Origin: Betaproteobacteria bacterium
GTDB lineage: Bacteria; Pseudomonadota; Gammaproteobacteria; Burkholderiales; Burkholderiaceae_C
DNA: 48,711 bases
Direction of reading: 5' to 3'
NCBI GenBank assembly: GCA_031411575.1
Contig: JANOBJ010000016.1
Coordinates: 1-48,711, forward strand
Position numbers and translations under genes: made by a program
Shown here: positions 1 to 9,499 of the stretch, piece after piece
Layout: each line of letters opens with the position of its first letter
Position numbering within the stretch: position 1 is the first letter of the stretch
Notes under the pieces: generated by a model
The model's input: only the letters and a program-made list of their open reading frames with translations
Told to the model about the DNA's origin: nothing
Databases searched by the model: none

Positions 1-2613
1 GACCGCTACCTGAAGGCGGTGGGTTACGCCACCAAATCCAAACGCGGCGGCTTGCCCAAGATGGTGTTGGTGGGTGACATTGCCGGCGACGACGCGGACG
101 CCGTGGCGCGCGCCACCTCCGAGGTGGTGCGCATCGCCAACTCGCGCAGCGGCGAGGGCTTCATTGCCATCAGCCCCGAGGCGCGCAAGAAATTCTGGCT
201 CGACCGCAAGCGCACGGCCGCCATCAGCAAGCACACCAACGCCTTCAAGATCAACGAGGACGTGGTGATTCCGCTGCCGCGCATGGGCGAGTACACCGAA
301 GGCATTGAGCGCATCAACATCGAGCTGTCGCTGCGCAACAAGATCGACCTCTGCGACGCGCTCGAAGCGTTCTTCACCCGTGGCAACCTGCCGCTGGGCA
401 AGCAGGACGACGCCAGCGAAATCCCCTCTGCCGAGCTGCTGGAAGACCGGGTGGCGCAAGCGCTGGACGTGGTGCGCGAGGTGCGGGCGCTGTGGCAGGG
501 CTGGCTGAACCACATTGACGCGCGGCCGGACGCCGGGCCGCCCCAAGGCCGGCCAGCCCCCTCGGGGGGCAGCGACCCACACGCAGTGGGGGAGCGTGGG
601 GGCTTTTTTGCTGCGCTACAGGACCACACCCTGCGCGCCAGCTGGAAGACGCAAATCCGAGCGCCGCTGCACAACATTTTTGCGGGCGGGGCGTTCCAGG
701 CCATCCTGGACGAGTGCACCGCCATTCACCAGCGCGTGCTCAAGGGCCGGGTCTGGGTGGCGCTGCACATGCACGCGGGCGACGGCAATGTGCACACCAA
801 TCTTCCGGTCAACAGCGACAACTACGAGATGTTGCAGACCGCCCACGAGGCGGTGGCGCGCATCATGAAACTGGCGCGCAGCCTGGACGGCGTGATTTCG
901 GGCGAGCACGGCATCGGCATCACCAAGCTCGAGTTTTTGACCGACGCCGAGCTGCAGCCGTTCACGGATTACAAGCAGAAGGTCGATCCGGAAGGGCGCT
1001 TCAACAAAGGCAAGTTGCTACGAAATAAAGAGCAACAGATGACCAGTGGGAGAGCACGAGAGGCCGATCTGGGTTCAAATCCGGGCCTTCTGGCTGATTT
1101 GACGAATGCCTACACACCGAGCTTCGGCCTGATGGGCCACGAGTCGCTGATCATGCAGCAGAGCGACATCGGCGCGATCGCCGACAGCATGAAGGACTGC
1201 CTGCGCTGCGGCAAGTGCAAGCCGGTGTGTGCCACGCACGTGCCGCGCGCCAACCTGCTGTACAGCCCGCGCAACAAGATTTTGGCCACCTCGCTGCTGA
1301 TCGAGGCCTTTTTGTACGAAGAGCAGACGCGCCGCGGCGTGTCGATCAAGCACTGGGAAGAGTTCGAGGACGTGGCCGACCACTGCACGGTGTGCCACAA
1401 ATGCCTGTCGCCCTGTCCGGTGAAGATCGATTTTGGCGAAGTGTCGATGAACATGCGCAACCTGCTGCGCAAGATGGGGCAGAAGTCGTTCCGCCCTGGC
1501 AACGCGGCAGCCATGTTCTTCCTGAATGCGACCAACCCCGAAACCATCAAGCTGATGCGCACGGCGATGGTGGACGTGGGCTTCAAGGCCCAGCGCCTGG
1601 CCAATGACTTCCTGCGGGGGCTGGCCCGGGCGCAGACCGCCAAGCCGCCGTCCACCGTGGGCAAGGCGCCGGTGAAGGAACAGATCGTTCACTTCATCAA
1701 CAAGAAAATGCCCAGTGGCCTGCCCAAGAAGACGGCGCGCGCGCTGCTCGACATCGAGGACAAGGACTACGTCCCGATCATCCGCAACCCCAAGGCCACC
1801 ACGGCCGAGACGGAGGCGGTGTTCTACTTCCCGGGCTGCGGCTCGGAACGGCTGTTCTCGCAGGTGGGGCTGGCCACGCAGGCCATGCTGTGGCATGCCG
1901 GCGTGCAGACGGTGTTGCCGCCCGGGTACCTCTGCTGCGGCTACCCGCAGCGCGGCAGCGGGCAGTTCGACAAGGCCGAGAAAATCATCACCGACAACCG
2001 GGTGCTGTTCCACCGCGTCGCCAACACGCTGAACTACCTGGACATCAAGACCGTGGTGGTGAGCTGCGGCACCTGCTACGACCAGCTGCAGGGCTACGAG
2101 TTTGAGAAGATCTTCCCGGGTTGCCGCATCATCGACATCCACGAGTACCTGCTGGAGAAAGGCATCACGCTCAACACCGCCGGTGGGTCCTACCTGTACC
2201 ACGACCCCTGCCACAGCCCGATGAAGCTGCAGGAGCCGATGAAGACCGTCAAGGCGCTGATGGGCGACCAGGTGCTGGAATCCAAGCGCTGCTGCGGCGA
2301 ATCGGGCACGCTGGGCGTGACGCGTCCCGACATCTCCACGCAAATTCGCTTCCGCAAGGAAGAAGAGCTGCAAAAGGACGCGGTGGCGCTGCGCGAACTC
2401 GGCGGCCTGGCGCCCAAGGACAACGTGAAAATCCTCACCAGCTGCCCGAGCTGCCTGCAGGGCCTGTCGCGCTACGGCAATGACCTGCAGAACGGGCTGC
2501 TGGAAGCCGATTACATCGTGGTCGAGATGGCCAGCCAGATTCTGGGCGAGAACTGGATGGGTGAGTACGTCGAGGCGGCCAATACTGGCGGCATCGAGCG
2601 GGTCTTGGTGTGA
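1..2613 (+). CDS. FAD-linked oxidase (GlcD-like) fused to Fe-S/CCG-domain (GlcF-like) oxidoreductase; 5' end outside window
   Basis: ORF track gives 19..2613, but the frame is open from nt 1. FAD-oxidase C-terminal motif 'GVISGEHGIGITKLEF'. Ferredoxin-type motifs 'CLRCGKCKPVC' and 'CTVCHKCLSPCP'. CCG-type Cys motifs ('FPGCGSE','HDPCH','SCPSC'). Carries two in-frame repeat insertions (521-613, 1015-1075). Confidence 0.85.
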   Translation, partial: DRYLKAVGYATKSKRGGLPKMVLVGDIAGDDADAVARATSEVVRIANSRSGEGFIAISPEARKKFWLDRKRTAAISKHTNAFKINEDVVIPLPRMGEYTEGIERINIELSLRNKIDLCDALEAFFTRGNLPLGKQDDASEIPSAELLEDRVAQALDVVREVRALWQGWLNHIDARPDAGPPQGRPAPSGGSDPHAVGERGGFFAALQDHTLRASWKTQIRAPLHNIFAGGAFQAILDECTAIHQRVLKGRVWVALHMHAGDGNVHTNLPVNSDNYEMLQTAHEAVARIMKLARSLDGVISGEHGIGITKLEFLTDAELQPFTDYKQKVDPEGRFNKGKLLRNKEQQMTSGRAREADLGSNPGLLADLTNAYTPSFGLMGHESLIMQQSDIGAIADSMKDCLRCGKCKPVCATHVPRANLLYSPRNKILATSLLIEAFLYEEQTRRGVSIKHWEEFEDVADHCTVCHKCLSPCPVKIDFGEVSMNMRNLLRKMGQKSFRPGNAAAMFFLNATNPETIKLMRTAMVDVGFKAQRLANDFLRGLARAQTAKPPSTVGKAPVKEQIVHFINKKMPSGLPKKTARALLDIEDKDYVPIIRNPKATTAETEAVFYFPGCGSERLFSQVGLATQAMLWHAGVQTVLPPGYLCCGYPQRGSGQFDKAEKIITDNRVLFHRVANTLNYLDIKTVVVSCGTCYDQLQGYEFEKIFPGCRIIDIHEYLLEKGITLNTAGGSYLYHDPCHSPMKLQEPMKTVKALMGDQVLESKRCCGESGTLGVTRPDISTQIRFRKEEELQKDAVALRELGGLAPKDNVKILTSCPSCLQGLSRYGNDLQNGLLEADYIVVEMASQILGENWMGEYVEAANTGGIERVLV
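521..613. repeat. GC-rich hairpin-bearing element D1, in frame inside the oxidase gene
   Basis: CCCCC-TC-GGGGGG (556-569), CCCAC-ACGCA-GTGGG (576-590), then GGGGGCTTTTTTG. Encodes 'RPDAGPPQGRPAPSGGSDPHAVGERGGFFA'. Confidence 0.55.
1015..1075 (+). repeat. Family-A repeat copy A0 (AT-rich palindromic core plus GC-rich tail), in frame inside the oxidase gene
   Basis: TTGCTACGAAATAAAGAGCAACAGATGACCAGTGGGAGAGCACGAGAGGCC aligns without gaps to A1 and A4. Encodes 'LLRNKEQQMTSGRAREA'. Confidence 0.8.
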
Positions 2614-2620
2614 TGTGAAA

Positions 2621-2700
2621 CACCCCCGACGCGCTTTCAGCGCCTCCCCGTCGAGGGGGCGCGACCAGCGGCCCGGCGAAGCCGGTTCCGCGTTCGCCCG
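2621..2700. repeat. GC-rich REP-like element D2 immediately after the oxidase stop
   Basis: GCGCCTCCCC-GTCGA-GGGGGCGC and CCGGC-GAA-GCCGG hairpins. The core CCCCGTCGAGGGGGCGCGACCA resembles D1 CCCCCTCGGGGGGCAGCGACCCA. Confidence 0.5.
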
Positions 2701-2764
2701 CGCAATGCATGGGTGGGCAAGCGTACTGTGCCGTTCACGGTAAACATCTGATCTGGAAGAAATC

Positions 2765-3178
2765 ATGGCAGGTTTGCAATCCGGCGCCCCGACGCCACAG
2801 TCGATCACCGCGCACAGCCAGTCGCGGGTACTGGAGGTGTCGTTTTCCGATGGCGCCACCTTCCGCATCCCGTTTGAGCTGATGCGTGTGTATTCGCCTT
2901 CGGCCGAGGTCCAGGGCCACGGCCCGGGGCAGGAGGTGCTGCAGACCGGCAAGCGCGAGGTCGAGCTGGCAGGGCTGGAGCCAGTGGGCAATTACGCGGT
3001 GCAGCCGACGTTTTCGGACGGGCATGACACCGGCATCTTTTCATGGGACTACCTGTATTTTCTGGGCTCGCAGCAGGACAGGCTGTGGTCCGACTACACC
3101 ACGCGGCTACAGGCGGCCGGGGTGGACCGCGACGCGCCGATGCCTGATAAGGGTGGCCACGCCTGCGCCAGCCACTGA
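2765..3178 (+). CDS. DUF971 (gamma-butyrobetaine hydroxylase-like N-terminal domain) protein
   Basis: 137-aa ORF with 'FSDG..F.IP.ELMRVYSPSAEV' and 'VGNYAVQPTFSDGHDTGIFSWDYLY', typical of the DUF971 proteins found upstream of ubiE in Burkholderiales. Confidence 0.7.
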   Translation: MAGLQSGAPTPQSITAHSQSRVLEVSFSDGATFRIPFELMRVYSPSAEVQGHGPGQEVLQTGKREVELAGLEPVGNYAVQPTFSDGHDTGIFSWDYLYFLGSQQDRLWSDYTTRLQAAGVDRDAPMPDKGGHACASH

Positions 3179-3247
3179 GTGGCCGCGCGTCGTCATGGTG
3201 GGCGGCGCACCAGCCCGCCAGGTGTTGGGCCAGCACCGGGCCGATAA

Positions 3248-3312
3248 TTGCTATAATTTTAATAGCAAACTATGACGAGAGGACGCGGACAACAGGCGCT
3301 TTTTCATCAGAT
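3248..3312 (+). repeat. Family-A repeat copy A1 (intergenic, upstream of ubiE)
   Basis: TTGCTATAATTTTAATAGCAAACTATGACGAGAGGACGCGGACAACAGGCGCTTTTTCATCAG. The 7-bp arms TTGCTAT/ATAGCAA are perfect. Confidence 0.85.
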
Positions 3313-3387
3313 TTCCGACAAATTCACTGATTTGGTGCGGGTTTGTCGCTGCATGCACCATGTTTGGCTCTAGCATTGTGACTGTCC

Positions 3388-4119
3388 ATGAGTACCACGC
3401 ATTTCGGCTACCAGACCGTTGACGAACGCGAGAAGGCGCGCCATGTGCGCGGCGTCTTTGATTCGGTCGCGCCCAAGTACGACCTGATGAACGACTTGAT
3501 GTCGGCCGGCCTGCACCGTGCATGGAAGGCCTACACCGTGATGGTGGCTAACGTCGCCGAGGGCGACGAGGTGCTCGACATCGCCGGCGGCACCGGCGAC
3601 CTGGCGCTGGCGTTCGCCAAAAAGGTCGGTGCCAGCGGCCGCGTCGTGCACACCGACATCAACGAAGCCATGCTGCGCACCGGGCGCGACCGCCTGCTCG
3701 ACGCGGGCGTGACGCTGCCCACCACGGTGTGTGATGCCGAGCGCCTGCCGTTCGCCGACAACCAGTTCAACCTGGTCAGCGTGGCTTTTGGCCTGCGCAA
3801 CATGACCCACAAGGATGTGGCGCTGGCCGAAATGTGCCGCGTGCTCAAGCCCGGCGGCAAGCTGCTGGTGCTGGAGTTTTCCAAGGTGGCCAAGCCGCTG
3901 CAAAAAGCCTACGACTGGTATTCGTTCAAGGTGCTGCCGCAACTGGGCCGGCTGGTGGCGGGCGACGACGCCAGTTACCGCTACCTCGCCGAATCCATCC
4001 GCATGCATCCCGACCAGGACCAGCTCAAATCCCTCATGCAAAAAAGTGGTTTTGGCCATGTGGACTATCACAACCTCTCTGGCGGAATGGTGGCATTGCA
4101 TGTTGGAATCAAGTGCTGA
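3388..4119 (+). CDS. ubiE: Ubiquinone/menaquinone biosynthesis C-methyltransferase
   Basis: 'FGYQTV...[26 protein letters not shown]' N-terminus and SAM motif '[12 protein letters not shown]'. Sits in a ubi cluster. Confidence 0.95.
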   Translation: MSTTHFGYQTVDEREKARHVRGVFDSVAPKYDLMNDLMSAGLHRAWKAYTVMVANVAEGDEVLDIAGGTGDLALAFAKKVGASGRVVHTDINEAMLRTGRDRLLDAGVTLPTTVCDAERLPFADNQFNLVSVAFGLRNMTHKDVALAEMCRVLKPGGKLLVLEFSKVAKPLQKAYDWYSFKVLPQLGRLVAGDDASYRYLAESIRMHPDQDQLKSLMQKSGFGHVDYHNLSGGMVALHVGIKC

Positions 4120-4148
4120 GTGGGTTCAATCCAATTGATGGAGGCAAG

Positions 4149-5168
4149 ATGAAAACGTTTTTCCTGATGGTGCTGGTCAGCGTGCTGACGTTCGCCAGCC
4201 TCGACGCGGACGCCGCACGGCGCCTGGGCGGCGGTAAATCCGTCGGCAAACAGTCCAACAACGTGACGCAGCGCGAGGCGACGCCACCGGCTGCGCCGGG
4301 CACGCCACAAGCCGCGCCCAACAGCGCTGCCAAGGCCGCTCCGGCCGCCGGCGCGGCGGGCACCGCTGCCGCCACCAAGCGGCCGTGGGGCGCCATGCTG
4401 GGCGGCCTGGCAGCCGGTCTTGGCCTGGCCTGGCTGGCCAGCAGCCTCGGTCTGGGCGAGGCCTTTGGCCAGATCATCATGTTCGCGCTGCTCGCCATGG
4501 TGGTGATGGCGGTCATCGGCTACTTCATGCGGCGCCGTGCGCAGGGCAACAGCGGCAATGGTGGCCTGGCCTACCAGGGCGCTGGCGGCTCGGGCTCACC
4601 GAAAGACTTTTCGCAAAGCCATTACAACCCGGCCAACGTTGGCAACGACGCCTCGGCCCGGCCCTGGGAGCGCAACACCACAGCGTTTGAGGCCAGTCCC
4701 CAAACCCCCGCCACGGGTGCCACGGGGCGCAGCACCGGCTCGATTATCGGCTCGGCCCTGCGCGGTTCGCCCTCGTGGAGCGTGCCGGAGGGCTTCGACA
4801 CCGACGGTTTCCTGAGTGCGGCCAAACGCAACTTCGTGACGCTGCAAGATGCCTGGGACCGCTCCGACATCAGCACCCTGCGCTCGATGATGACCGACGA
4901 CATGGTCGGCGAGATCAAGTCGCAGCTGGCCGAGCGCGAGACGCACACCGACGGCCAGCCCAACAAGACCGACGTGGTGATGCTCGAGGCGCAGCTGCTT
5001 GGCATCGAAGAGCTGGGCGACGGTTACCTCGCCAGTGTCGAGTTCTCGGGGATGATCCGCGAGCAGCCTTCGGCCGGCCCGAGCCCGTTCCGCGAGGTCT
5101 GGAACATGACCAAACCCAAGTCCGGCTCCGCGGGCTGGCTGGTAGCCGGGGTGCAGGCACTGCAATAA
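4149..5168 (+). CDS. Tim44-like domain protein (signal peptide, Ala/Gly-rich linker, TM segment, C-terminal Tim44-like domain)
   Basis: Start moved to the ATG at 4149 ('MKTFFLMVLVSVLTFASLDADA'). The 5' part of ORF 3834..5168 overlaps ubiE. Position between ubiE and ubiJ is typical for betaproteobacteria. Confidence 0.75.
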   Translation: MKTFFLMVLVSVLTFASLDADAARRLGGGKSVGKQSNNVTQREATPPAAPGTPQAAPNSAAKAAPAAGAAGTAAATKRPWGAMLGGLAAGLGLAWLASSLGLGEAFGQIIMFALLAMVVMAVIGYFMRRRAQGNSGNGGLAYQGAGGSGSPKDFSQSHYNPANVGNDASARPWERNTTAFEASPQTPATGATGRSTGSIIGSALRGSPSWSVPEGFDTDGFLSAAKRNFVTLQDAWDRSDISTLRSMMTDDMVGEIKSQLAERETHTDGQPNKTDVVMLEAQLLGIEELGDGYLASVEFSGMIREQPSAGPSPFREVWNMTKPKSGSAGWLVAGVQALQ

Positions 5169-5228
5169 CCCCGGCCCATGCTCCGCCCGGCAAGGGCGGG
5201 GCATTCATTCGGTAAATAATGGGGGACT

Positions 5229-5924
5229 ATGGCAACACCGTCCCCCTTTGCATTTCTGGAACAGCTGGTCGAGCGCGTGGGCAGCAGTCTGCAACCGCCG
5301 GTCTGGCTGGTGGACGAAGTCCAGCACCGCGCCATCCTGTTCGTCAACCACGTGCTGATGCAGGAAAGCGAGGCCACCAGCCGGCTTTCAAGGCAAAAAG
5401 GCCGTGTGGTGCACGTCCAGTGGCGTTCTTACGCTATTAAATTAGTAGCAACTCCAGCCGGACTGGTGGACCGTGCGTCCTCCGCAGCGGTGGCCGACCT
5501 GACGCTCACCGTGACCGACGAATCCCCCTTCAGCCTGGCCCAGGCGGCGCTGCGTGGCGACAAGCCGGGCGTCCGGATCGAGGGCGATGTGCAGCTCGCC
5601 GCTGAAATCAACTGGCTGGTGGACAACGTGCGCTGGGACGCCGAGGAAGACCTGGCGCGCGTGCTGGGTGACGCCCCCGCGCATGCGCTGGGCGACGCGG
5701 TGCGGCGCCTGGCGGACGGCCTGCGCTTGTTTCTCAGCACGCGGCAGGCCCCCGCCGACGCGGGCGGCAGCGGGGCTGCGGGCGCCGGGTCGGCCCCGGC
5801 AACCGGCTTTGGACCGGTGCCTTCCACAGGGTTCGGGCAGAGCCCCCCGGCCGGTTCCGCACAGGCCCCTTCGACAGGCTCGGGACAGGCTCCGTCGGCA
5901 GGCTCCGGGCAGGCGTCCGCATGA
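5229..5924 (+). CDS. ubiJ: SCP2-domain ubiquinone biosynthesis accessory factor
   Basis: Lies between the Tim44-like gene and ubiB with an ATGA overlap to ubiB. '[12 protein letters not shown]' SCP2-like C-terminal region. Contains repeat A2 and a tandem octapeptide tail. Confidence 0.7.
   Translation: MATPSPFAFLEQLVERVGSSLQPPVWLVDEVQHRAILFVNHVLMQESEATSRLSRQKGRVVHVQWRSYAIKLVATPAGLVDRASSAAVADLTLTVTDESPFSLAQAALRGDKPGVRIEGDVQLAAEINWLVDNVRWDAEEDLARVLGDAPAHALGDAVRRLADGLRLFLSTRQAPADAGGSGAAGAGSAPATGFGPVPSTGFGQSPPAGSAQAPSTGSGQAPSAGSGQASA
5385..5452 (-). repeat. Family-A repeat copy A2, in frame inside ubiJ
   Basis: Reverse complement is TTGCTACTAATTTAATAGCGTAAGAACGCCACTGGACGTGCACCACACGGCCTTTTTGCC. 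Encodes '...[15 protein letters not shown]' using rare AT-rich codons. Confidence 0.75.
5795..5915 (+). repeat. Five tandem 24-nt units (REP-like CCTTCGACAGGCTCGGGACAGGC) forming the UbiJ C-terminal tail
   Basis: Encoded octapeptides are PATGFGPV / PSTGFGQS / PPAGSAQA / PSTGSGQA / PSAGSGQA. The opposite strand reads the widespread 'PEPVEG' REP translation. Confidence 0.75.
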
Positions 5925-7483
5925 CGCGGCTGCTGCGCGGCACCTTCATCGTCTGGATCGTCCTGCGCTACGGGCTGGACGAACTGGTTCTCACCAGCTT
6001 CAAGAAGCCGTGGCTGGCCGTGGTGGCGCGGATCGTCTCGGTCGGGCGCAACCTGAAGGCGCCGCGTGGCCAGCGCCTGCGCGAGGCGCTCGAGCGGCTC
6101 GGGCCGATCTTCGTCAAGTTCGGCCAGGTGCTGTCCACCCGGCGCGACCTGCTTCCCACCGACATTGCCGACGAACTGGCGCGGCTGCAGGACAACGTGC
6201 CGCCGTTTGACTCGGCGATCGCGGTGGCCACCATCGAGCGCGCGTTTGGCCGCAAGGTGGACGACATCTTCACCCAGTTCGAGCGCGAGCCGGTGGCCAG
6301 CGCATCCATTGCCCAGGTGCACTTCGCGCGTCTCAAGAACCGTGATGGCCAGGAGCGCGATGTCGCCATCAAGGTGCTGCGGCCCGGCATGCTGCCGGTG
6401 ATCGACAAGGACCTGAGCCTGATGCGCATGATGGCCGGCTGGGTCGAAAGCCTGTCGGCCGACGGCAAGCGGCTGAAGCCGCGCGAGGTGGTGGCCGAGT
6501 TCGACAAGTACCTGCACGACGAGCTCGATCTGGTGCGCGAGGCCGCTAGCGCCGCCCAGCTGCGCCGCAACATGGCCGGCCTGAACCTGGTGCTGATTCC
6601 CGAGATGTTCTGGGATTTCTGTCACCCCGAGGTGATCGTGATGGAGCGCATGGTCGGCATTCCGATCAGCCATACCGAGCGGCTGGTGGCAGCGGGCGTG
6701 GACCGCAAGCAGCTGGCGCGCGACGGTGTCACGATCTTCTTCACCCAGGTGTTCCGCGACGGGTTTTTCCATGCCGACATGCACCCCGGCAACATCCAGG
6801 TGAGCATCGATCCGGCCTCGTTCGGCCGCTACATCTCGCTCGATTTCGGCATCATCGGCACCCTGACCGCGGTCGACAAGGAGTACCTGGCGCAGAACTT
6901 CACCGCGTTTTTCCGGCGCGACTACAAGCGTGTGGCCGAACTCCACATCGAGTCGGGCTGGGTGCCACCGAACACCCGGGTGGACGAGCTGGAGTCGGCC
7001 GTGCGCGGCGTCTGCGAGCCGTACTTTGACCGGCCGTTGAAGGAAATCTCGCTCGGCATCGTGCTGATGCGGCTGTTCCAGACCTCGCGCCGATTCGAGG
7101 TGGAAATCCAGCCCCAGCTGGTGCTGCTGCAAAAGACGCTGCTCAACATCGAGGGCCTGGGCCGCGAGCTGGACCCGGATCTGGACCTCTGGGCCACCGC
7201 CAAGCCTTTCCTGGAAACCTGGATGCTGGAGCAGGTTGGCCCGCAGAAGCTGCTGGACCAGTTGCGCGACGAGGCGCCGCGCTACGCCAAGCTGCTGCCC
7301 GAGTTGCCGCGCCTGCTGGCCGAGTACCTGAAGCAGCGACCGTCCGACATCCGCAACGATCTGGACCTGCTGATCAAGGAGCAGCGGCGCACCAACAAGC
7401 TGCTGCAGGGCATCATCTACGGTGGTATTGGTTTTGCTTTGGGATTGGTCGCGATGCAAATCCTGCTGCGGGTGCGGCTTTGA
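5921..7483 (+). CDS. ubiB: Ubiquinone biosynthesis regulatory protein kinase (ABC1/UbiB family)
   Basis: '[20 protein letters not shown]', 'ASIAQVH.A', '[11 protein letters not shown]', and C-terminal TM helices. Confidence 0.95.
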   Translation: MTRLLRGTFIVWIVLRYGLDELVLTSFKKPWLAVVARIVSVGRNLKAPRGQRLREALERLGPIFVKFGQVLSTRRDLLPTDIADELARLQDNVPPFDSAIAVATIERAFGRKVDDIFTQFEREPVASASIAQVHFARLKNRDGQERDVAIKVLRPGMLPVIDKDLSLMRMMAGWVESLSADGKRLKPREVVAEFDKYLHDELDLVREAASAAQLRRNMAGLNLVLIPEMFWDFCHPEVIVMERMVGIPISHTERLVAAGVDRKQLARDGVTIFFTQVFRDGFFHADMHPGNIQVSIDPASFGRYISLDFGIIGTLTAVDKEYLAQNFTAFFRRDYKRVAELHIESGWVPPNTRVDELESAVRGVCEPYFDRPLKEISLGIVLMRLFQTSRRFEVEIQPQLVLLQKTLLNIEGLGRELDPDLDLWATAKPFLETWMLEQVGPQKLLDQLRDEAPRYAKLLPELPRLLAEYLKQRPSDIRNDLDLLIKEQRRTNKLLQGIIYGGIGFALGLVAMQILLRVRL

Positions 7484-7572
7484 AGCCAAAACCGGCCGAT
7501 TTCGCCCGATAATCCGCGGCAATTGGCGGGCACCCAAGCCCCGGGAACACCTGAACTGCGTGGAGCTTTGAG

Positions 7573-9027
7573 ATGTTGTTGACGTTTATCGTGCTGTACC
7601 TGCTGGTATCCATCGCCATTGGCTTGTACGCCGCCCGGCGCGTGCACACCACGGCCGACTACGCGGTGGCGGGCCGCAGCCTGCCGCTGGCGGTGGTGAT
7701 CGCCACCACGTTCGCCACCTGGTTCGGATCGGAAACCGTGCTGGGCGTCTCGGCCAAGTTCGTGCAGGGCGGCCTCAACTCGGTGGTCGAAGACCCGTTT
7801 GGCGCCTCCATGTGCCTGGTGCTGGTGGGCCTGTTCTTCGCCTACAAGCTGTACCAGAAAAACCTGATCACGCTGGGCGATTACTACCGCCAGCGGTTCG
7901 GCAAGTCGATCGAGATCATCTGCTCGCTGGTCATCATCATGAGCTATCTGGGCTGGGTGGCGGCGCAGATCACCGCGCTGGGCCTGGTGTTCAACCTGCT
8001 GACCCAGGGCGCGATCTCGATCACGCTCGGCATGCTGATCGGCACCACCATCGTGCTGGTGTACACGCTGTACGGCGGCATGTGGTCGGTGGCGATGACC
8101 GATTTCGTACAGATGATCGTGATCGCGGTCGGCTTGCTGGCAGTGGCCTGGTTTTCCGCCGATCTGGCGGGGGGTGCCGCCAAGGTGTTTGACTATGCGG
8201 CGCGCGAAGGCAAGTTCCGTTTCTTCCCGGAGGGCGGTCTCAAGGAATGGGTGTTTTTCTTTGCGGCGGCGATCACCATGATGCTGGGCTCGATTCCCCA
8301 GCAGGACGTGTTCCAGCGCGTCATGTCGTCCAAGGACGTCAAGACCGCACAGCGCGGCCCGATCATCGGCGGCACGCTGTACCTGCTGTTCGCCTTCATC
8401 CCGATGTTCATCGTCACCGCCGCTGTCATGGTGATGCCCGATGTTGCGCAGGGCCTGCTCAAGGACGACCCGCAGAAGGTGTTGCCCACGCTGGTGATGG
8501 AGAAGATGCCGCTGATCCTGCAGATCGCGTTCTTCGGCGCGCTGCTCTCGGCCATCATGTCCACCGCATCGGCCACGCTGCTGGCGCCCAGCACCACGTT
8601 TGTTGAAAACATCCTGCGCAACCTGGTGCCCGGCATGAGCGACCAGGCCACCCTGAAAGCCATGCGTGTGTCGGTGCTGGTGTTCACCACCTGTGTATTG
8701 AGCTACGCGATCACGATGCAGGGCACGTCCATCTACGACCTGGTGTCGGGCGCCTACCAGGTGCCGCTGGTCGGTGCGTTCGTGCCGCTGGTGTTTGGCC
8801 TGTACTGGAGCCGCGCCACCACGCAGGGAGCGTTGTTGGCCGTGATCCTGGGGCTTGGCACCTGGCTGCTGTTCATCGCCATGCCGGGCTGGGCCGAAGC
8901 CTTTCCGCAGCAATTGGCGGGGCTGCTGGCCGCGCTCGCGGGCATGGTGGCGGGCTCGCTCATGCCCCAGTGGCTGACCGACCACAAGGGTCACGTGCAC
9001 CACTACGTGGGCAGCCCGCAGGCCTGA
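7573..9027 (+). CDS. Sodium:solute symporter (SSS) family transporter
   Basis: 484-aa polytopic protein. 'DY.VAGRSLP' N-terminal motif and 'WFGSETVLG' are typical of SSS transporters. Confidence 0.8.
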   Translation: MLLTFIVLYLLVSIAIGLYAARRVHTTADYAVAGRSLPLAVVIATTFATWFGSETVLGVSAKFVQGGLNSVVEDPFGASMCLVLVGLFFAYKLYQKNLITLGDYYRQRFGKSIEIICSLVIIMSYLGWVAAQITALGLVFNLLTQGAISITLGMLIGTTIVLVYTLYGGMWSVAMTDFVQMIVIAVGLLAVAWFSADLAGGAAKVFDYAAREGKFRFFPEGGLKEWVFFFAAAITMMLGSIPQQDVFQRVMSSKDVKTAQRGPIIGGTLYLLFAFIPMFIVTAAVMVMPDVAQGLLKDDPQKVLPTLVMEKMPLILQIAFFGALLSAIMSTASATLLAPSTTFVENILRNLVPGMSDQATLKAMRVSVLVFTTCVLSYAITMQGTSIYDLVSGAYQVPLVGAFVPLVFGLYWSRATTQGALLAVILGLGTWLLFIAMPGWAEAFPQQLAGLLAALAGMVAGSLMPQWLTDHKGHVHHYVGSPQA

Positions 9028-9151
9028 GGGCTGGATGACACCCCTGCCCACGCGGGGTGCCCACACCCGCTGCAGGAAAGCTGCAGGGCTTGAAAAGCCG
9101 CTGCCCGCCTATAATTGAAGGCTTTGCAGCCGGATCACCCCCTCCCATACC

Positions 9152-9496
9152 ATGCCTATCTATGCCTATCGATGCGAGTCCTGCGGCCTGGCCAAGGATG
9201 TGCTGCAGAAAATCTCCGATGCCACGCTGACGGATTGCCCGTCTTGTGGCGCACCCACCTTCAAGAAGCAGGTCACGGCAGCTGGCTTCCAGCTCAAGGG
9301 CTCGGGCTGGTACGCCACTGATTTCCGCAACGGTTCGGGCGCGCCCGCTGCAGCCCCTGCCGCCGAGGGCGAATCCGCGAAAGCGGCCGAACCGTCGGCC
9401 AAGCCCGCTGACGGATCACCTGCTCCCACGACCACGCCCGTCACCACACCCACCCCCGCCGTGACCAAAAGCGCGTCGCCACCTGCCGCGGGCTGA
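9152..9496 (+). CDS. FmdB-family zinc-ribbon regulatory protein with Ala/Pro-rich tail
   Basis: 'MPIYAYRCESCG....CPSCG' double CxxC zinc ribbon. Confidence 0.8.
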   Translation: MPIYAYRCESCGLAKDVLQKISDATLTDCPSCGAPTFKKQVTAAGFQLKGSGWYATDFRNGSGAPAAAPAAEGESAKAAEPSAKPADGSPAPTTTPVTTPTPAVTKSASPPAAG

Positions 9497-9499
9497 AAG

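Noticed and set aside
1069-1087. tRNA T-arm-like sequence CTGGGTTCAAATCCGGGCC (GGTTCAAATCC).
   Set aside because: The stem has a G-G mismatch. No acceptor, D or anticodon arms can be drawn around it. It lies inside an intact ORF next to repeat A0. It is at most a remnant or a coincidence.
1075-2991. Very long antisense or alternative-frame ORFs. Examples are 1075..2991(-) at 638 aa, 5429..7537(-) at 702 aa, 7417..9066(-) at 549 aa, 13550..14998(-), 23248..24396(-) and 25650..27605(-).
   Set aside because: They lie opposite or out of frame to genes with clear family motifs. Their products are Arg/Ala/Gly/Pro-rich and low in complexity. Open shadow frames like these are expected in high-GC DNA.
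9090-9115. Sigma70-like promoter TTGAAA ... TATAAT upstream of fmdB.
   Set aside because: The hexamers are good but the spacer is only 14 nt (15 with a shifted -35), outside the usual 16-18 nt. It is not reported as a feature.
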